32,000 nucleotides of DNA, taken from contig NZ_CP065936.1 in assembly GCF_003367075.2 (NCBI RefSeq), forward strand, positions 3,330,001 to 3,362,000, read 5' to 3'. The notes under the pieces were generated by a model. It saw only the letters and a program-made list of their open reading frames with translations, ran no database searches and was not told the DNA's origin. The position numbers and the translations under genes are program-made. The DNA is from Cylindrospermopsis raciborskii Cr2010. GTDB taxonomy: Bacteria; Cyanobacteriota; Cyanobacteriia; Cyanobacteriales; Nostocaceae. This document shows positions 1 to 9,964 of this stretch, piece by piece; positions within the stretch are counted from its first letter, which is position 1; each line of letters starts with the position of its first letter.

Positions 1-1056
1 GTGGCAAAAAAACTGGAAGCAGTTGTGAGAAAATACCCAGATGTAGAAACAGTATTTACTACAGTTGGTTCCCGTGGAGGTGAGCCCAATAAGGGCAATC
101 TTTATGTGAAATTAAAAAAAGACCGCCAGCTGAAAACTGCCCAACTACAGGATCAATTACGACAAACTTTACCTAAAATTCCTGGTGTAAATACTAGTGT
201 GGAAGATATTCAATTTGTAGATACTGGAGGAGATAAGCCATTACAAGTGGCCCTGCGCGGCAACGATTTAGCAACTTTAAGTTCAGTATCTAAAAAGATT
301 AAAGAACGTATTATTAACCTACCCGGATTTGCTGATGTGACGGTGACGGGAGATGGCAATCCAAGGAACCAAGTTTTGCAAATCGAACGACTTAATCAGC
401 AGCGAGTGGTCTATATCAGTGCTAATCTGGGTGGCAATTTAACTCTTGGTGATGCTACTGATAGAATTGTGACGGAAGCCAAATCTCTTTTACCTGCTGG
501 TGTAACTCTAGATTTAGGAGGAGACTCTGCTAGACAAAATGAGGTGGTGGGTAGTTTTGTGTCAACCTTACTCTTATCAGCTTTGTGTATTATTCTGGTC
601 TTGGTTTTATTGTTCAAAAGTTGGGTAGATCCTCTGGTTATTGGTGCTTCCTTACCTTTGGCATTAGTAGGAGCTATGTTGGCCTTATTATTCACTAAGA
701 GTGATTTTGGTATGATCTCTCTAATCGGATTTGTGTTTTTGCTAGGACAGGCAAATAAAAATGCAATTTTGTTGGTAGATTATATCAACCAACTACGCCG
801 AGCTGGAATGAAACGCACACAAGCTATTTTGCAAGCAGCACCTGTCAGACTTAGACCAATTATGATTACTACTTTTTCCACCATTTTGGGAATGTTACCT
901 ATTGCTTTGGGCTTTGGCGCAGGTTCTGAGTTACGATCCCCCATGGCAATTGCGATCGCTGGAGGTTTGGTTACTTCTACTATTCTCAGTCTAGTTGTTG
1001 TACCAGTTGTTTATGCCATTTTAGATGATTGGTTTCCCAGGAAGAGTATGAATTGA
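1..1056 (+). CDS. RND (AcrB/HAE1-type) efflux transporter permease, C-terminal ~350 aa; 5' end lies outside the window
   Basis: Frame is open from base 1, so the GTG at 1 is not a real start. A soluble porter-like segment is followed by a hydrophobic block typical of AcrB/CzcA C-termini: SWVDPLVIGASLPLALVGAMLALL, NAILLVDYINQLRRAGM, VRLRPIMITTFSTILGMLPIALG, SPMAIAIAGGLVTSTILSLVVVPVVY. Confidence 0.85.
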   Translation: MAKKLEAVVRKYPDVETVFTTVGSRGGEPNKGNLYVKLKKDRQLKTAQLQDQLRQTLPKIPGVNTSVEDIQFVDTGGDKPLQVALRGNDLATLSSVSKKIKERIINLPGFADVTVTGDGNPRNQVLQIERLNQQRVVYISANLGGNLTLGDATDRIVTEAKSLLPAGVTLDLGGDSARQNEVVGSFVSTLLLSALCIILVLVLLFKSWVDPLVIGASLPLALVGAMLALLFTKSDFGMISLIGFVFLLGQANKNAILLVDYINQLRRAGMKRTQAILQAAPVRLRPIMITTFSTILGMLPIALGFGAGSELRSPMAIAIAGGLVTSTILSLVVVPVVYAILDDWFPRKSMN

Positions 1057-1074
1057 ACTACCAGAACTAAAGAT

Positions 1075-2313
1075 ATGACTGATATTCTAATTCTTTCTAA
1101 TGGACCAGGAGAAGTAACAACTTGGGTACGTCCTGTGGTCATAGCTCTCAGAGAACAATTGGGCAATGATATTTCTCAGGTGAGAATTTCTGTGATTTTA
1201 TCACCCTGTCCCCATGCTACTGGTAAGGAAGCTAGGATCGCTAAGTCCTATCCACAGGTGAATAGGGTTCAAGCTCCTGAACACTTCTGGGAGTTTGTAT
1301 TCACGGGCAAAACTGCGGAAAATTGGGATTGGCGTAAAAAAGGTGTGGTGATATTTCTGGGGGGAGATCAGGTTTTCTCTGTAATTGTTGGCAGAAGGTT
1401 GGGATACAAAACCCTAGTTTATGCGGAATGGGAAGCTAGATGGCATGGTCTAATTGACTGTTTTGCAGTTATGAACTCCCAGGTGATGAAAAATGTTTCA
1501 CCCAAGCATATTCATAAGTTTCATGTTGTGGGCGACTTGATGTTAGAAGCTGCTAATAAGGATTATGTAACTTCAAAGTCCCCTAGTTTAGATACTGGAA
1601 CCCCCTTGGTTGGACTTTTGCCCGGATCCAAACCTGCTAAGTTGACTCAGGGTGTGCCCCTAGAATTAGCTATAGCCGAATATATTTATGCTAAAAGACC
1701 CCATACCAAGTTTTTTATACCCGTAGCACCGACTCTAGATTTACTGACCTTGGCCAGTTTTGCCAATCCTCAAAAAAACAAGTTTGCCCAATCCTTTGGT
1801 TTTCAAGGTGCATACTTAAAGGATAATTATCTAGAAACTTCTGAGGGGTTAATGGTAGAATTGACTCAAGAAAACCCCGCTTATCACTTGTTATCTTCCT
1901 GTGCTATTTGTTTAACTACGGTGGGAGCAAACACTGCTGAACTGGGAGCTTTAGGTGTACCAATGATTGTGTTATTACCTACCCAACAATTAGATGCTAT
2001 GCGCTCTTGGGATGGTCTACCGGGACTGCTGGCAAATTTACCCGTTGTGGGTTCCAGTTTGGCAAAATTGATTAATTGGTGGTTCCTCCGAAATAAGGGT
2101 TTACTGGCCTGGCCTAATATTTGGGCGGGGCGAGAAATTGTCCCGGAATTGGTTGGTAACTTGGCACCTCACGCGGTGGGAGAAATGGTTTTAGACCTGT
2201 TAGAAAATCCTCTCAAATTGGCTCAAATGAAACACCAATTGCTAATAACTAGGGGTAAAAGTGGCGCTGGGAAACGTTTGGTTCAACTGGTAGAGACTTT
2301 GTTATCTGCTTGA
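1075..2313 (+). CDS. LpxB-related GT-B glycosyltransferase (lipid-A-disaccharide synthase-related family); function not established
   Basis: 412-aa ORF starting 19 nt after the RND stop. It has N-terminal ILILSNGPGE and C-terminal LLPGSKPAKL ... TTVGANTAELGALGVPMIVLLP. This resembles the LLPGSR ... SGT.tlE ... G.PmVv pattern of LpxB-fold enzymes. Family assignment is from memory only. Confidence 0.55.
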   Translation: MTDILILSNGPGEVTTWVRPVVIALREQLGNDISQVRISVILSPCPHATGKEARIAKSYPQVNRVQAPEHFWEFVFTGKTAENWDWRKKGVVIFLGGDQVFSVIVGRRLGYKTLVYAEWEARWHGLIDCFAVMNSQVMKNVSPKHIHKFHVVGDLMLEAANKDYVTSKSPSLDTGTPLVGLLPGSKPAKLTQGVPLELAIAEYIYAKRPHTKFFIPVAPTLDLLTLASFANPQKNKFAQSFGFQGAYLKDNYLETSEGLMVELTQENPAYHLLSSCAICLTTVGANTAELGALGVPMIVLLPTQQLDAMRSWDGLPGLLANLPVVGSSLAKLINWWFLRNKGLLAWPNIWAGREIVPELVGNLAPHAVGEMVLDLLENPLKLAQMKHQLLITRGKSGAGKRLVQLVETLLSA

Positions 2314-2994
2314 TATTTGATCATATCTGTTTCTGATTTGTTGTATGTCTTGCCACATTAACCACTTGGGGGACCCTTGCTCTTTAGAAGGGTTACGTAA
2401 TAGATAGGAAGGATGAAAAATGGGCATACATAAGCGTCCTTCCCATTCTAACCACTGCCCGCGAATTTTCGTAATTGGCAGCTTGCTACCTGTAACCCCT
2501 TTTACAGCAGTAGCACCTGTTAATAAAATGATTTTTGGATCAATCAGGCGGATTTGTTCTAATAGGTACGGTCTACAAGCATCACTTTCCTCTGAAGTAG
2601 GAACTCGGTTTTCCGGTGGACGACATTTGACAATGTTGCATATATACACATCCTGCTCTGTGGTCAAATTCACGGATGCCAGGATTTTATCTAACAACTG
2701 TCCAGATTTACCCACAAATGGCAAGCCAGTTTCATCTTCATGTTGTCCTGGTGCTTCGCCAATAATCATGATTTTAGCTTGTGGGTTTCCCCTTCCTACC
2801 ACTGCATGAGTGCGATTTTTACCCAGTCCACACCGATGACAATTTTCACAGTGGAGTGTTAACTCGTTCACATTTACATAGGTTCCCACGGGAACGGGAA
2901 TTTTGGCATCAGTGGGAATCAGCCCCTTTTGGTCAAGGACTGATTCGTTAAATAGACTTAGTTGGGTGTCGCTGTTCATGAAGATGGCTTTCAA
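2302..2994 (-). CDS. Uracil-DNA glycosylase, family 4
   Basis: Cys cluster CENCHRCGLGKNRTH, motif A IMIIGEAPGQHEDETGLPFVGKSGQLL, CNIVKCRPP, and motif B FHPSYLLRNP. An alternative start is M6 at 2979. The 3' end overlaps the convergent upstream gene by 12 nt. Confidence 0.9.
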   Translation of the reverse strand: MKAIFMNSDTQLSLFNESVLDQKGLIPTDAKIPVPVGTYVNVNELTLHCENCHRCGLGKNRTHAVVGRGNPQAKIMIIGEAPGQHEDETGLPFVGKSGQLLDKILASVNLTTEQDVYICNIVKCRPPENRVPTSEESDACRPYLLEQIRLIDPKIILLTGATAVKGVTGSKLPITKIRGQWLEWEGRLCMPIFHPSYLLRNPSKEQGSPKWLMWQDIQQIRNRYDQISSR

Positions 2995-3010
2995 CTGTTC
3001 CTGGTAGTTT

Positions 3011-4087
3011 CTATAGCGCCTCGGGTGGGGAAATTTGAGGACCGAAACAACTTCCTATTTTACCATGCTGTATGGGACTTTGATGATTAACATTTGTGGC
3101 TTTTTCACCTGACCCACATGATGATGACAAGGAAGGATTAATTGATTGGAAATTTTTGATCCCTTGATTATTTGCCTGTTCGTACATCATGGATAACCCA
3201 CCTAGAGCACTAGCTACAAGAGCTGTATACCCCAAATATAAGTGAGTCGAACTAAGTTCCATGTTCAATGATCGAGAAGGCTTTTTATTTTTATACCAAG
3301 ATGGTAGAATTGATTTACAATTGTCGCTTATGGGCAAAGAATTAGCCAAATTAGCTCCATTCAATCCCAAAGCATTACCCATAATTCTAATGAAGCCCCG
3401 AATTAACACATCTTCGGGCAATTTTTCCACCTCCCCATTTTCCACTGCTGCCATCTGATTTGGTGATATATAAGTATACATAGTTAGTTTATGTAGGGTT
3501 AACCCTTGAGATTCCCTAGCTTTTTTCAGTTGTGCACCTATTTGACGTAAGGCTTCTAATCTCTCTTCCTCCGCTTTTTTTGCAACTAGTTGACTTTTGG
3601 AAAGTTTTTGATTTTGCCATGGCCACTTTTTGAATGTTTTTTGTGGATCCGGTTTGTTTTCGCCTTTCACCCTGTCTGGTTTTTGCTCGCTTTTTGGTTT
3701 TGGACTCGGATCATTTGGCTGTGATCTATTTTCCAAAACTTGTTCAGATATCTTAACCGTTTGATTGCTGAGTTCTTTTATATCATTACTATCAGTAGAA
3801 TCATTTTTGCTACTGTCCGTGCTAGTAGCGGATTGTTTGGTGACAAATCGCTCAAAAGTTAGCGCGATCGCTTCTCTACTAATAGCTTGTATTAACTTAT
3901 TAAAATTAGTGAGCTGTTCATGAGATATGTCAAATAGTTTCTGTGCTTTATCCACAACCGCACGGTAAGCATGGCTATGATACAGCTGGGATTCTACCTC
4001 TTTAAGCAGCGATCGCAATTCTTCCTTACTGATTGGCTCAGTGGGATGCCCGGGAACATTTAGGGAGTAAGCAGATGCGGTAGTCAT
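3011..4087 (-). CDS. RodZ-like helix-turn-helix membrane protein
   Basis: XRE/RodZ-type HTH: IGAQLKKARESQGLTLHKLTMYTYISPNQMAAVENGEVEKLPEDVLIRGFIRIMGNALGL. It is preceded by an S/K/P/E-rich low-complexity linker and followed by one predicted TM helix (LYLGYTALVASALGGLSMMY). It lies 16 nt upstream of the UDG gene on the same strand, so is probably co-transcribed. Confidence 0.55.
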   Translation of the reverse strand: MTTASAYSLNVPGHPTEPISKEELRSLLKEVESQLYHSHAYRAVVDKAQKLFDISHEQLTNFNKLIQAISREAIALTFERFVTKQSATSTDSSKNDSTDSNDIKELSNQTVKISEQVLENRSQPNDPSPKPKSEQKPDRVKGENKPDPQKTFKKWPWQNQKLSKSQLVAKKAEEERLEALRQIGAQLKKARESQGLTLHKLTMYTYISPNQMAAVENGEVEKLPEDVLIRGFIRIMGNALGLNGANLANSLPISDNCKSILPSWYKNKKPSRSLNMELSSTHLYLGYTALVASALGGLSMMYEQANNQGIKNFQSINPSLSSSCGSGEKATNVNHQSPIQHGKIGSCFGPQISPPEAL

Positions 4088-4190
4088 GATTTGAATCTCT
4101 TAGTTTTTTTTGTGAGAACATTACTTTTATACTGTTTATTCTGGGATTAATGGTCACATCAGGATTTTTATCCCTAGGGTCTTAAGTTAA

Positions 4191-4298
4191 GTAAGTGGGT
4201 GGAATTAAATATAAGATGAACGTAGGTTGGGTTGAAGTGTGAAACCCAACACCCGCCATCGCCAACCCGTCCTACAAATAATTGTGCCTCCCTACTTA
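4191..4298 (+). mobile_element. MITE-like dispersed repeat, copy A (108 bp)
   Basis: The sequence gtaagtgggtggaattaaatataagatgaacgtagg-ttgggttgaagtgtgaaacccaac-...-cctacaaataattgtgcctccctactta is near-identical at both ends to 31126-31230. It matches 15379-15479 and 19492-19570 in reverse complement. Termini are imperfect inverted repeats (TAAGTGGGTGG / CCTCCCTACTTA). It lies between the gatA stop and the RodZ-like gene start. Confidence 0.85.
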
Positions 4299-4331
4299 GG
4301 TCAATTAAGACTCCCGATAAAATGACTGTAA

Positions 4332-5792
4332 TTATTCGGATATCATGGCAGTTTTTAAATGCCAGTTATTTGACTGCTCATAGGCGTAGGCTACCTGAAA
4401 AAGTTGATCCTCCCTTAGCACCTTCCCAATTAATTGCATTCCAATTGGTAAACCCTTGCTATCAAAACCACAGGGCACGCTAATTGCAGGCAATCCAGCT
4501 AGATTAACAGGAATAGTCATTAGGTCATTGAGATACATACTTAAAGGGTCTGTTATTTTTTCCCCAGCTTTAAATGCTGTGGTTGGTGCTGTGGGGGTTA
4601 GTAGAACATCAACTTTAGTAAATGCCTGTTCAAAATCTTCCTTTATCAAAGTACGAACCTTTTGGGCTTTTAAGTAATAAGCATCATAATAGCCTGCACT
4701 TAAAGCATAAGTACCAATCATAATTCGTCGTTTAACTTCTGGTCCAAATCCTATGGCACGGGTGCGGTTATACATGGATAACAAATTATCCGGATCCTGG
4801 GCGCGAATCCCATATTTCACACCATCATAACGAGCAAGGTTGGCTGATGCTTCTGACGGAGCAATGATGTAGTAACTGGGAACCCCATAGCGGAAACGAG
4901 GACAGGAGATTTCCTGGATTTCTACCCCTAAATCTCTTAATTGGGCGATCGCCTGGTTGACTGCTGAGGAAACCTCCTCATCTAGACCCTCACCAAAGGT
5001 TTCCCTAATTACCCCCACTTTGAGTTTTTTCTCTTTTAAATCCGGGGTTAAATTGGCAGTGTAATCGGGAATTTCCACTTTTAAACTGGTGGAGTCATGA
5101 GGATCATAACCGGCGATCGCATTTAACAAAATTGCTGCATCTTCCACGGTTCTACCAAAAGGACCTATTTGATCCAAAGAAGAAGCATAAGCAACCAATC
5201 CGTAGCGAGAAACCAGTCCATAAGTAGGTTTCATCCCTACCACACCGCAAAAAGAAGCTGGTTGACGGATTGATCCTCCCGTGTCCGAACCCAGGGATAC
5301 CACACATTCTGCTGCTGCTACTGCTGCTGCTGAACCTCCGGAGGAACCACCGGGAACTGTGGATATATCCCAAGGGTTAGCAGTGGTTTGATAGGCGGAA
5401 TTTTCCGTAGAACTCCCCATGGCAAACTCATCCAAATTAGTCTTTCCTACTGTCACTGCTCCCATCTGATTTAACTTTTGAGTTACCGTTGACTCATAAG
5501 GGGGGATAAACCCTTCCAGAATTTTTGACCCGCAGGTGGTGACAATACCTTTGGTACATAGGTTATCTTTCACACCAATAGGTATGCCCGCCAAAATGCT
5601 AATTTCTTCCCCTGAAGCAATCTTACCATCTACATTACCAGCTTGTGCTAAAGCATGTTCCGCAGTAATATTCAAAAAACTGTGTAGCTTTGGTTCTAAA
5701 AGGTGAATCCGTTCCAGGTAGTCTTGGACAATTTCAATAGCGGAACGTTCTTTACTGACTAGCTGTTGGTGTAATTGGCGAATGGATGGCAT
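4332..5792 (-). CDS. gatA: Glutamyl-tRNA(Gln) amidotransferase subunit A
   Basis: Amidase signature [13 protein letters not shown] and [23 protein letters not shown], plus a full-length GatA-like sequence. The ORF is open to 5912, but the conserved N-terminus [22 protein letters not shown] starts at ATG 5792, giving a typical 486 aa. Confidence 0.93.
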   Translation of the reverse strand: MPSIRQLHQQLVSKERSAIEIVQDYLERIHLLEPKLHSFLNITAEHALAQAGNVDGKIASGEEISILAGIPIGVKDNLCTKGIVTTCGSKILEGFIPPYESTVTQKLNQMGAVTVGKTNLDEFAMGSSTENSAYQTTANPWDISTVPGGSSGGSAAAVAAAECVVSLGSDTGGSIRQPASFCGVVGMKPTYGLVSRYGLVAYASSLDQIGPFGRTVEDAAILLNAIAGYDPHDSTSLKVEIPDYTANLTPDLKEKKLKVGVIRETFGEGLDEEVSSAVNQAIAQLRDLGVEIQEISCPRFRYGVPSYYIIAPSEASANLARYDGVKYGIRAQDPDNLLSMYNRTRAIGFGPEVKRRIMIGTYALSAGYYDAYYLKAQKVRTLIKEDFEQAFTKVDVLLTPTAPTTAFKAGEKITDPLSMYLNDLMTIPVNLAGLPAISVPCGFDSKGLPIGMQLIGKVLREDQLFQVAYAYEQSNNWHLKTAMISE

Positions 5793-6157
5793 AGATAAAT
5801 AAATAAAGTAATCAATAATTTTCTTTGGTCTTGTTAAGCTGACCAGTCTGGAGACCCATTGTAATTTCCCGACTGTAACATATATTTTTTCCAAAGTTGA
5901 GTAACTCTTCAAAAATTTTCCACAAACCTGGTGTGGATCACATTTAAATATATTAAATACAAATTGAATAGAATAAATTCGCTTTAGCTATTGTATCTTG
6001 ACTAATGAACACCAAGGAATTAATATTTAAAAAGGCATTAGTTAAGCATTGTGGCTATTTGTGGAAAAAGTTGAGCGAGTAGTTGAAAAAATGCGGCTAT
6101 ATGTGAGAAGATAGTTATTTGTGTTAAATTCCTCCCGGCTTTACTGTTTGTAAAATT

Positions 6158-6352
6158 ATGGCTAAGAGCAAAGGTGCCCGCATAATAGTGACACTAGAAT
6201 GCACCGAGTGTCGAACAAATCCAGACAAGCGTTCTCCAGGCGTTTCTCGCTATACTAGCACCAAGAATCGTCGGAACACCACCAGTCGGTTAGAGCTGAA
6301 AAAGTTCTGCCCCCATTGTAATAAGCATACTGTTCACAAGGAAATTAAGTAA
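6158..6352 (+). CDS. rpmG: 50S ribosomal protein L33 (Zn-ribbon form)
   Basis: 64-aa protein [64 protein letters not shown] with CxxC...CxxC. Confidence 0.95.
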   Translation: MAKSKGARIIVTLECTECRTNPDKRSPGVSRYTSTKNRRNTTSRLELKKFCPHCNKHTVHKEIK

Positions 6353-6355
6353 AAA

Positions 6356-6571
6356 ATGAGCTATTATCGTCGTCGTCTGTCACCTATTAAACCAGGAGAA
6401 CCCATAGACTATAAAGATGTTGAGTTACTGCGTAAATTCATGACAGAACGTGGTAAGATCCTACCAAGAAGGATTACTGGGTTGACATCTCAGCAACAAC
6501 GGCAATTAACTTTGGCGATTAAACGAGCCCGCATTCTAGCCCTGTTGCCATTTATCAATGCCGAAGGGTAA
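6356..6571 (+). CDS. rpsR: 30S ribosomal protein S18
   Basis: 71-aa protein with [50 protein letters not shown]. It starts 3 nt after the rpmG stop, the typical cyanobacterial rpmG-rpsR pair. Confidence 0.95.
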   Translation: MSYYRRRLSPIKPGEPIDYKDVELLRKFMTERGKILPRRITGLTSQQQRQLTLAIKRARILALLPFINAEG

Positions 6572-6602
6572 AGCTGTTGGGTGATTTTACCGCGCTGAGA
6601 AT

Positions 6603-6654
6603 ACAAGCCGTGCTTCTAGGAGGGCCTTTCCTGGGAAACAGGCTTGTTATTTTG
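6603..6654 (+). terminator. Putative intrinsic terminator of rpmG-rpsR
   Basis: Outer stem ACAAGCC (6603-6609) pairs with GGCTTGT (6641-6647). An inner CTAGGA/TCCTGG stem includes one G-U pair. It is followed by TATTTTG, 32 nt after the rpsR stop. Confidence 0.5.
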
Positions 6655-6949
6655 AGTGAACCAGTGTATAGTATATAAATAGTTGGCATGAGGCGTGGGC
6701 AAGACCTTAAGCGGATGGTAAGCAATCGTAAGACTACTTAGGTAGCAAGTTTCTAACTAAAAGTTCAAGGTCAAGCCTCTAGTCAGATGTTTATAAGCCG
6801 TTAGAACGTAATATGGTCAAGTTATACTAAGTTATATAAGTTTAGATAGCTTTATCCACAAACAAACAAGCGGCAGCTGTTAGTCCAGTCAAATTGCCTA
6901 ATCGAGTGTTAAGATATAAAATTTAAAATTACTAGAAAGTAAGAAGGTT

Positions 6950-9004
6950 GTGGAGAAGGGGACGCTGGTTGAATTTAGGGTTCAAGGCGATCGCCGACTG
7001 GGAGTGGTAGATCGTCCAGACGGTAAGACTCGTTGGTTTGTGGTGGATGAAAGGGGTCAATCCCACAGCCTGGCACCCCGACAAATAACCTATATCATTA
7101 GTAACGGAGAGGGTTATAAGTCAACACAGATTCCCAGGTTTTTGGAGCAGGTTGAACCGTACTTAGATCCATCTAGTCTAGAGGTAGCCTGGGAATTGTT
7201 GGTAGCTGAGGGAGAAAGTGTCACCCCCAGTCAAATGGCAAATCTACTGTTTTCTGAGACCTTACCATACCAGTGTTATGCCGCCCATTGCTTACTATCG
7301 GATGACAAACTATTTTTCAAGCAAAAGGGAGAAGTTTATGAACCGCGTAGTGCTTCCCAGGTAGCAGAAAGAAAACACCAGATAGAAGTAGAAACCCAAA
7401 AAGCTCAAGGACAACAGGAATTTTTACTCCGAGTAGAACGGGCACTCAAAGGTGACACAGTAGAATGGCAAAAGTCTGACCGTCAACGTTTAGATGCCCT
7501 GGAAAAATATGCTACTTTAGTAGCCGATATTATACGTATGGGGGTAAATTCGGAATCTTTGGTGCGTAACTATCCACCTCCAGGTTCCGTATTAGAAACT
7601 ATGAATATGCTGGGACGTTCTGCAACTCCCCCAGCAGCTTTGCAATTACTGGTCGACCTAGGGTGGTGGAGTCCCCATGAAAACCTATTCCTGCGTCGTT
7701 CCTCAATTCCCATTCAGTTCCCTAGCAAAATATTAGAAGTGGCGCAAGAAATTTTGGATTCCCCACCAGCGGATTTAGATGTTAACCGGTTAGACCTCAA
7801 GCATCTTAAAGTCTACACTATTGATGATGAAAGCACTACAGAAATAGATGATGGTTTAAGTTGTGAATTGCTGGAGGATGGAAGACAACGGGTCTGGATA
7901 CATATTGCTGATCCCACCCGGTGGTTAATACCAGAAGACGAGCTAGATCTAGAGGCCAGGAGACGGGGTAGTACGGTTTACCTACCCACAGGAATGATCC
8001 CCATGTTTCCAGAAGTGTTGGCCACAGGTCCCATGAGTCTGATACAGGGAAGGCTTTGTTGTTCCCTCAGCTTCAGCGTAATTCTAGATGATAGTGGTGG
8101 GGTTGCAGAGTATAGTATTCATCCCTGCTTAATTAAACCTACCTATCGCCTGACCTACGAAGATGTAGATGAAATGCTAGATTTGGCAGTGCAAGCAGAA
8201 CCAGAAATTCAAGCGATCGCCGGTTTAGCACAGAAAAGGAAAACCTGGAGGAACAACCAGGGAGCAATCAGTATTACTATGCCAGAAGCGATGATCAAAG
8301 TCAAAAATGATGAGATCAGCATAGACATATTGGATGAGTCCCCATCTCGACAATTAGTGGCGGAAATGATGATTTTAGCGGGAGAAGTAGCAGCACGTTA
8401 TGCTAAAAGCCATAATATTCCCCTACCCTTTCGTGGTCAACCCCAACCGGAACTACCACCGGAAGAGGAATTACTGCAACTCCCTCCAGGGTTTGTGAGA
8501 TTTTGCGCTCTACGTCGATGTATGCCAAAAAGCGAGATGAGCACAACCCCCCTACGTCATGCAGGTTTAGGACTAGACACTTATACTCAGGCTACTTCCC
8601 CTATTCGTCGTTACAGCGACTTACTCACCCACTTTCAACTCAAAGCCCATTTAAGGGGTGAAGAACCACCTTTTTCTGCTGAACAAATCAGAGAGGTGAT
8701 GATGACTGTGAGCAATACCACCCAAGAATTAACCATGGTAGAACGGCAAACCAACAGATACTACGCCTTAGAATACCTACGTCGTCATCTAGAACAAGTA
8801 TGGGAGGTGATAGTTTTGATGTGGTTAAGGGAAGATAGTAATCTGGCATTGATTTTATTTGAGGATCTAGGTTTACAACTACCAATGATGTTTAAGCGCT
8901 CTGTAAAATTAGGTGAAAGGGTATTAGTCAAGGTAGCTCTTGCAGACCCGCAAAAAGATATCATCCAGTTTCAAGAAATAGTGTATCAAGACGTTGTAAA
9001 TTAA
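6950..9004 (+). CDS. RNase II/R-family 3'-5' exoribonuclease (RNB domain plus C-terminal S1-like domain)
   Basis: GTG start preceded by AAGAAGG. RNB motifs present: YTIDDESTTEIDDGLS, VYLPTGMIPMFPE and HAGLGLDTYTQATSPIRRYSDLLTHFQL. C-terminal S1-like segment GERVLVKVALADPQKDIIQFQEI. Confidence 0.88.
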   Translation: MEKGTLVEFRVQGDRRLGVVDRPDGKTRWFVVDERGQSHSLAPRQITYIISNGEGYKSTQIPRFLEQVEPYLDPSSLEVAWELLVAEGESVTPSQMANLLFSETLPYQCYAAHCLLSDDKLFFKQKGEVYEPRSASQVAERKHQIEVETQKAQGQQEFLLRVERALKGDTVEWQKSDRQRLDALEKYATLVADIIRMGVNSESLVRNYPPPGSVLETMNMLGRSATPPAALQLLVDLGWWSPHENLFLRRSSIPIQFPSKILEVAQEILDSPPADLDVNRLDLKHLKVYTIDDESTTEIDDGLSCELLEDGRQRVWIHIADPTRWLIPEDELDLEARRRGSTVYLPTGMIPMFPEVLATGPMSLIQGRLCCSLSFSVILDDSGGVAEYSIHPCLIKPTYRLTYEDVDEMLDLAVQAEPEIQAIAGLAQKRKTWRNNQGAISITMPEAMIKVKNDEISIDILDESPSRQLVAEMMILAGEVAARYAKSHNIPLPFRGQPQPELPPEEELLQLPPGFVRFCALRRCMPKSEMSTTPLRHAGLGLDTYTQATSPIRRYSDLLTHFQLKAHLRGEEPPFSAEQIREVMMTVSNTTQELTMVERQTNRYYALEYLRRHLEQVWEVIVLMWLREDSNLALILFEDLGLQLPMMFKRSVKLGERVLVKVALADPQKDIIQFQEIVYQDVVN

Positions 9005-9150
9005 GTCTTGTCCATACTATTACGTATAATCCAAGTAGAGGAGATGCAAATTTGATTGATTAGCCCTAGAAAATCTGACGATGGATATTTTGGGTTAGTA
9101 GGTTGTAAAATAGCCCTAAGTTTTTGTCACACAACCGTACAATCACTGAT

Positions 9151-9882
9151 ATGACCTATTGTCTGAGAATAAGTGACCTACCAGAAAATGAGCGTCCGAG
9201 GGAAAGACTAATTACCCATGGGGCGAAGGTTTTAGCTACTGCGGAACTGATTGCCATTCTACTAGGAACAGGACAAGGTCCTGGTAAACTATCCGCCGTA
9301 GGTTTGGGTCAACACATACTACAAGAACTGGGAAAAGATCAAGGGGATCCCCTAGCTGCTTTGCGGGATGCTACCCCTGCTCAGTTGACTGAAATTCACG
9401 GTGTGGGATCTGCAAAGGCCACATCGATTCTAGCTGCGGTGGAACTAGGAAAAAGAGTTTTTCTATCTCGTCCTGCGGAGGGAGCGATTATTGACAGTCC
9501 CATAGCAGCTGCGGCTACCCTGAGTCAAGACTTAATGTGGCAAAGTCAAGAAAAATTTGCAGTTTTACTATTAGACGTGAAAAATCGGTTTTTAGGAACG
9601 AAAATAATTACCATTGGTACTGCAACTGAAACCTTAGCGTCTCCCCGGGACATTTTTCGAGAGGTAATTCGACACGGTGCAACACGTATGATCATTGCCC
9701 ATAATCATCCTTCGGGTAATTTAGAGCCTAGCCAAGCAGATATAGACTTGACCAGACAATTGCTATCAGGCGCACAGCTGTTAAATATTCCCATATTAGA
9801 CCATCTGATATTGGGTAATGGCAATCATCAAAGTTTGCGAGAGATTACTAGTCTTTGGGATGATTTCCCCCAGGAGAATTAG
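9151..9882 (+). CDS. radC: RadC-family JAB/MPN domain protein
   Basis: N-terminal [10 protein letters not shown], an HhH-like [24 protein letters not shown], and the JAB motif [21 protein letters not shown]. The ORF is open from TTG 9124, but ATG 9151 ([20 protein letters not shown]) fits the family N-terminus. Confidence 0.9.
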   Translation: MTYCLRISDLPENERPRERLITHGAKVLATAELIAILLGTGQGPGKLSAVGLGQHILQELGKDQGDPLAALRDATPAQLTEIHGVGSAKATSILAAVELGKRVFLSRPAEGAIIDSPIAAAATLSQDLMWQSQEKFAVLLLDVKNRFLGTKIITIGTATETLASPRDIFREVIRHGATRMIIAHNHPSGNLEPSQADIDLTRQLLSGAQLLNIPILDHLILGNGNHQSLREITSLWDDFPQEN

Positions 9883-9964
9883 TGGGTCTTTAGGATATGA
9901 TTATGTCATCCCTGGCGTGGATTTATCTTCCAGCTAGGTGAAATCAATTTATGTACTTATTGTA

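Noticed and set aside
4232-4483. 83-aa ORF on the + strand (MKCETQHPPSPTRPTNNCASLL...)
   Set aside because: It starts inside MITE copy A and continues antisense to the 3' end of gatA. It has no protein-like features and is a repeat-generated artefact.
5793-5912. 40-codon N-terminal extension of the gatA ORF
   Set aside because: The conserved GatA N-terminus begins at ATG 5792 and gives the canonical ~486 aa. The extension ([19 protein letters not shown]...) looks like translated promoter region.
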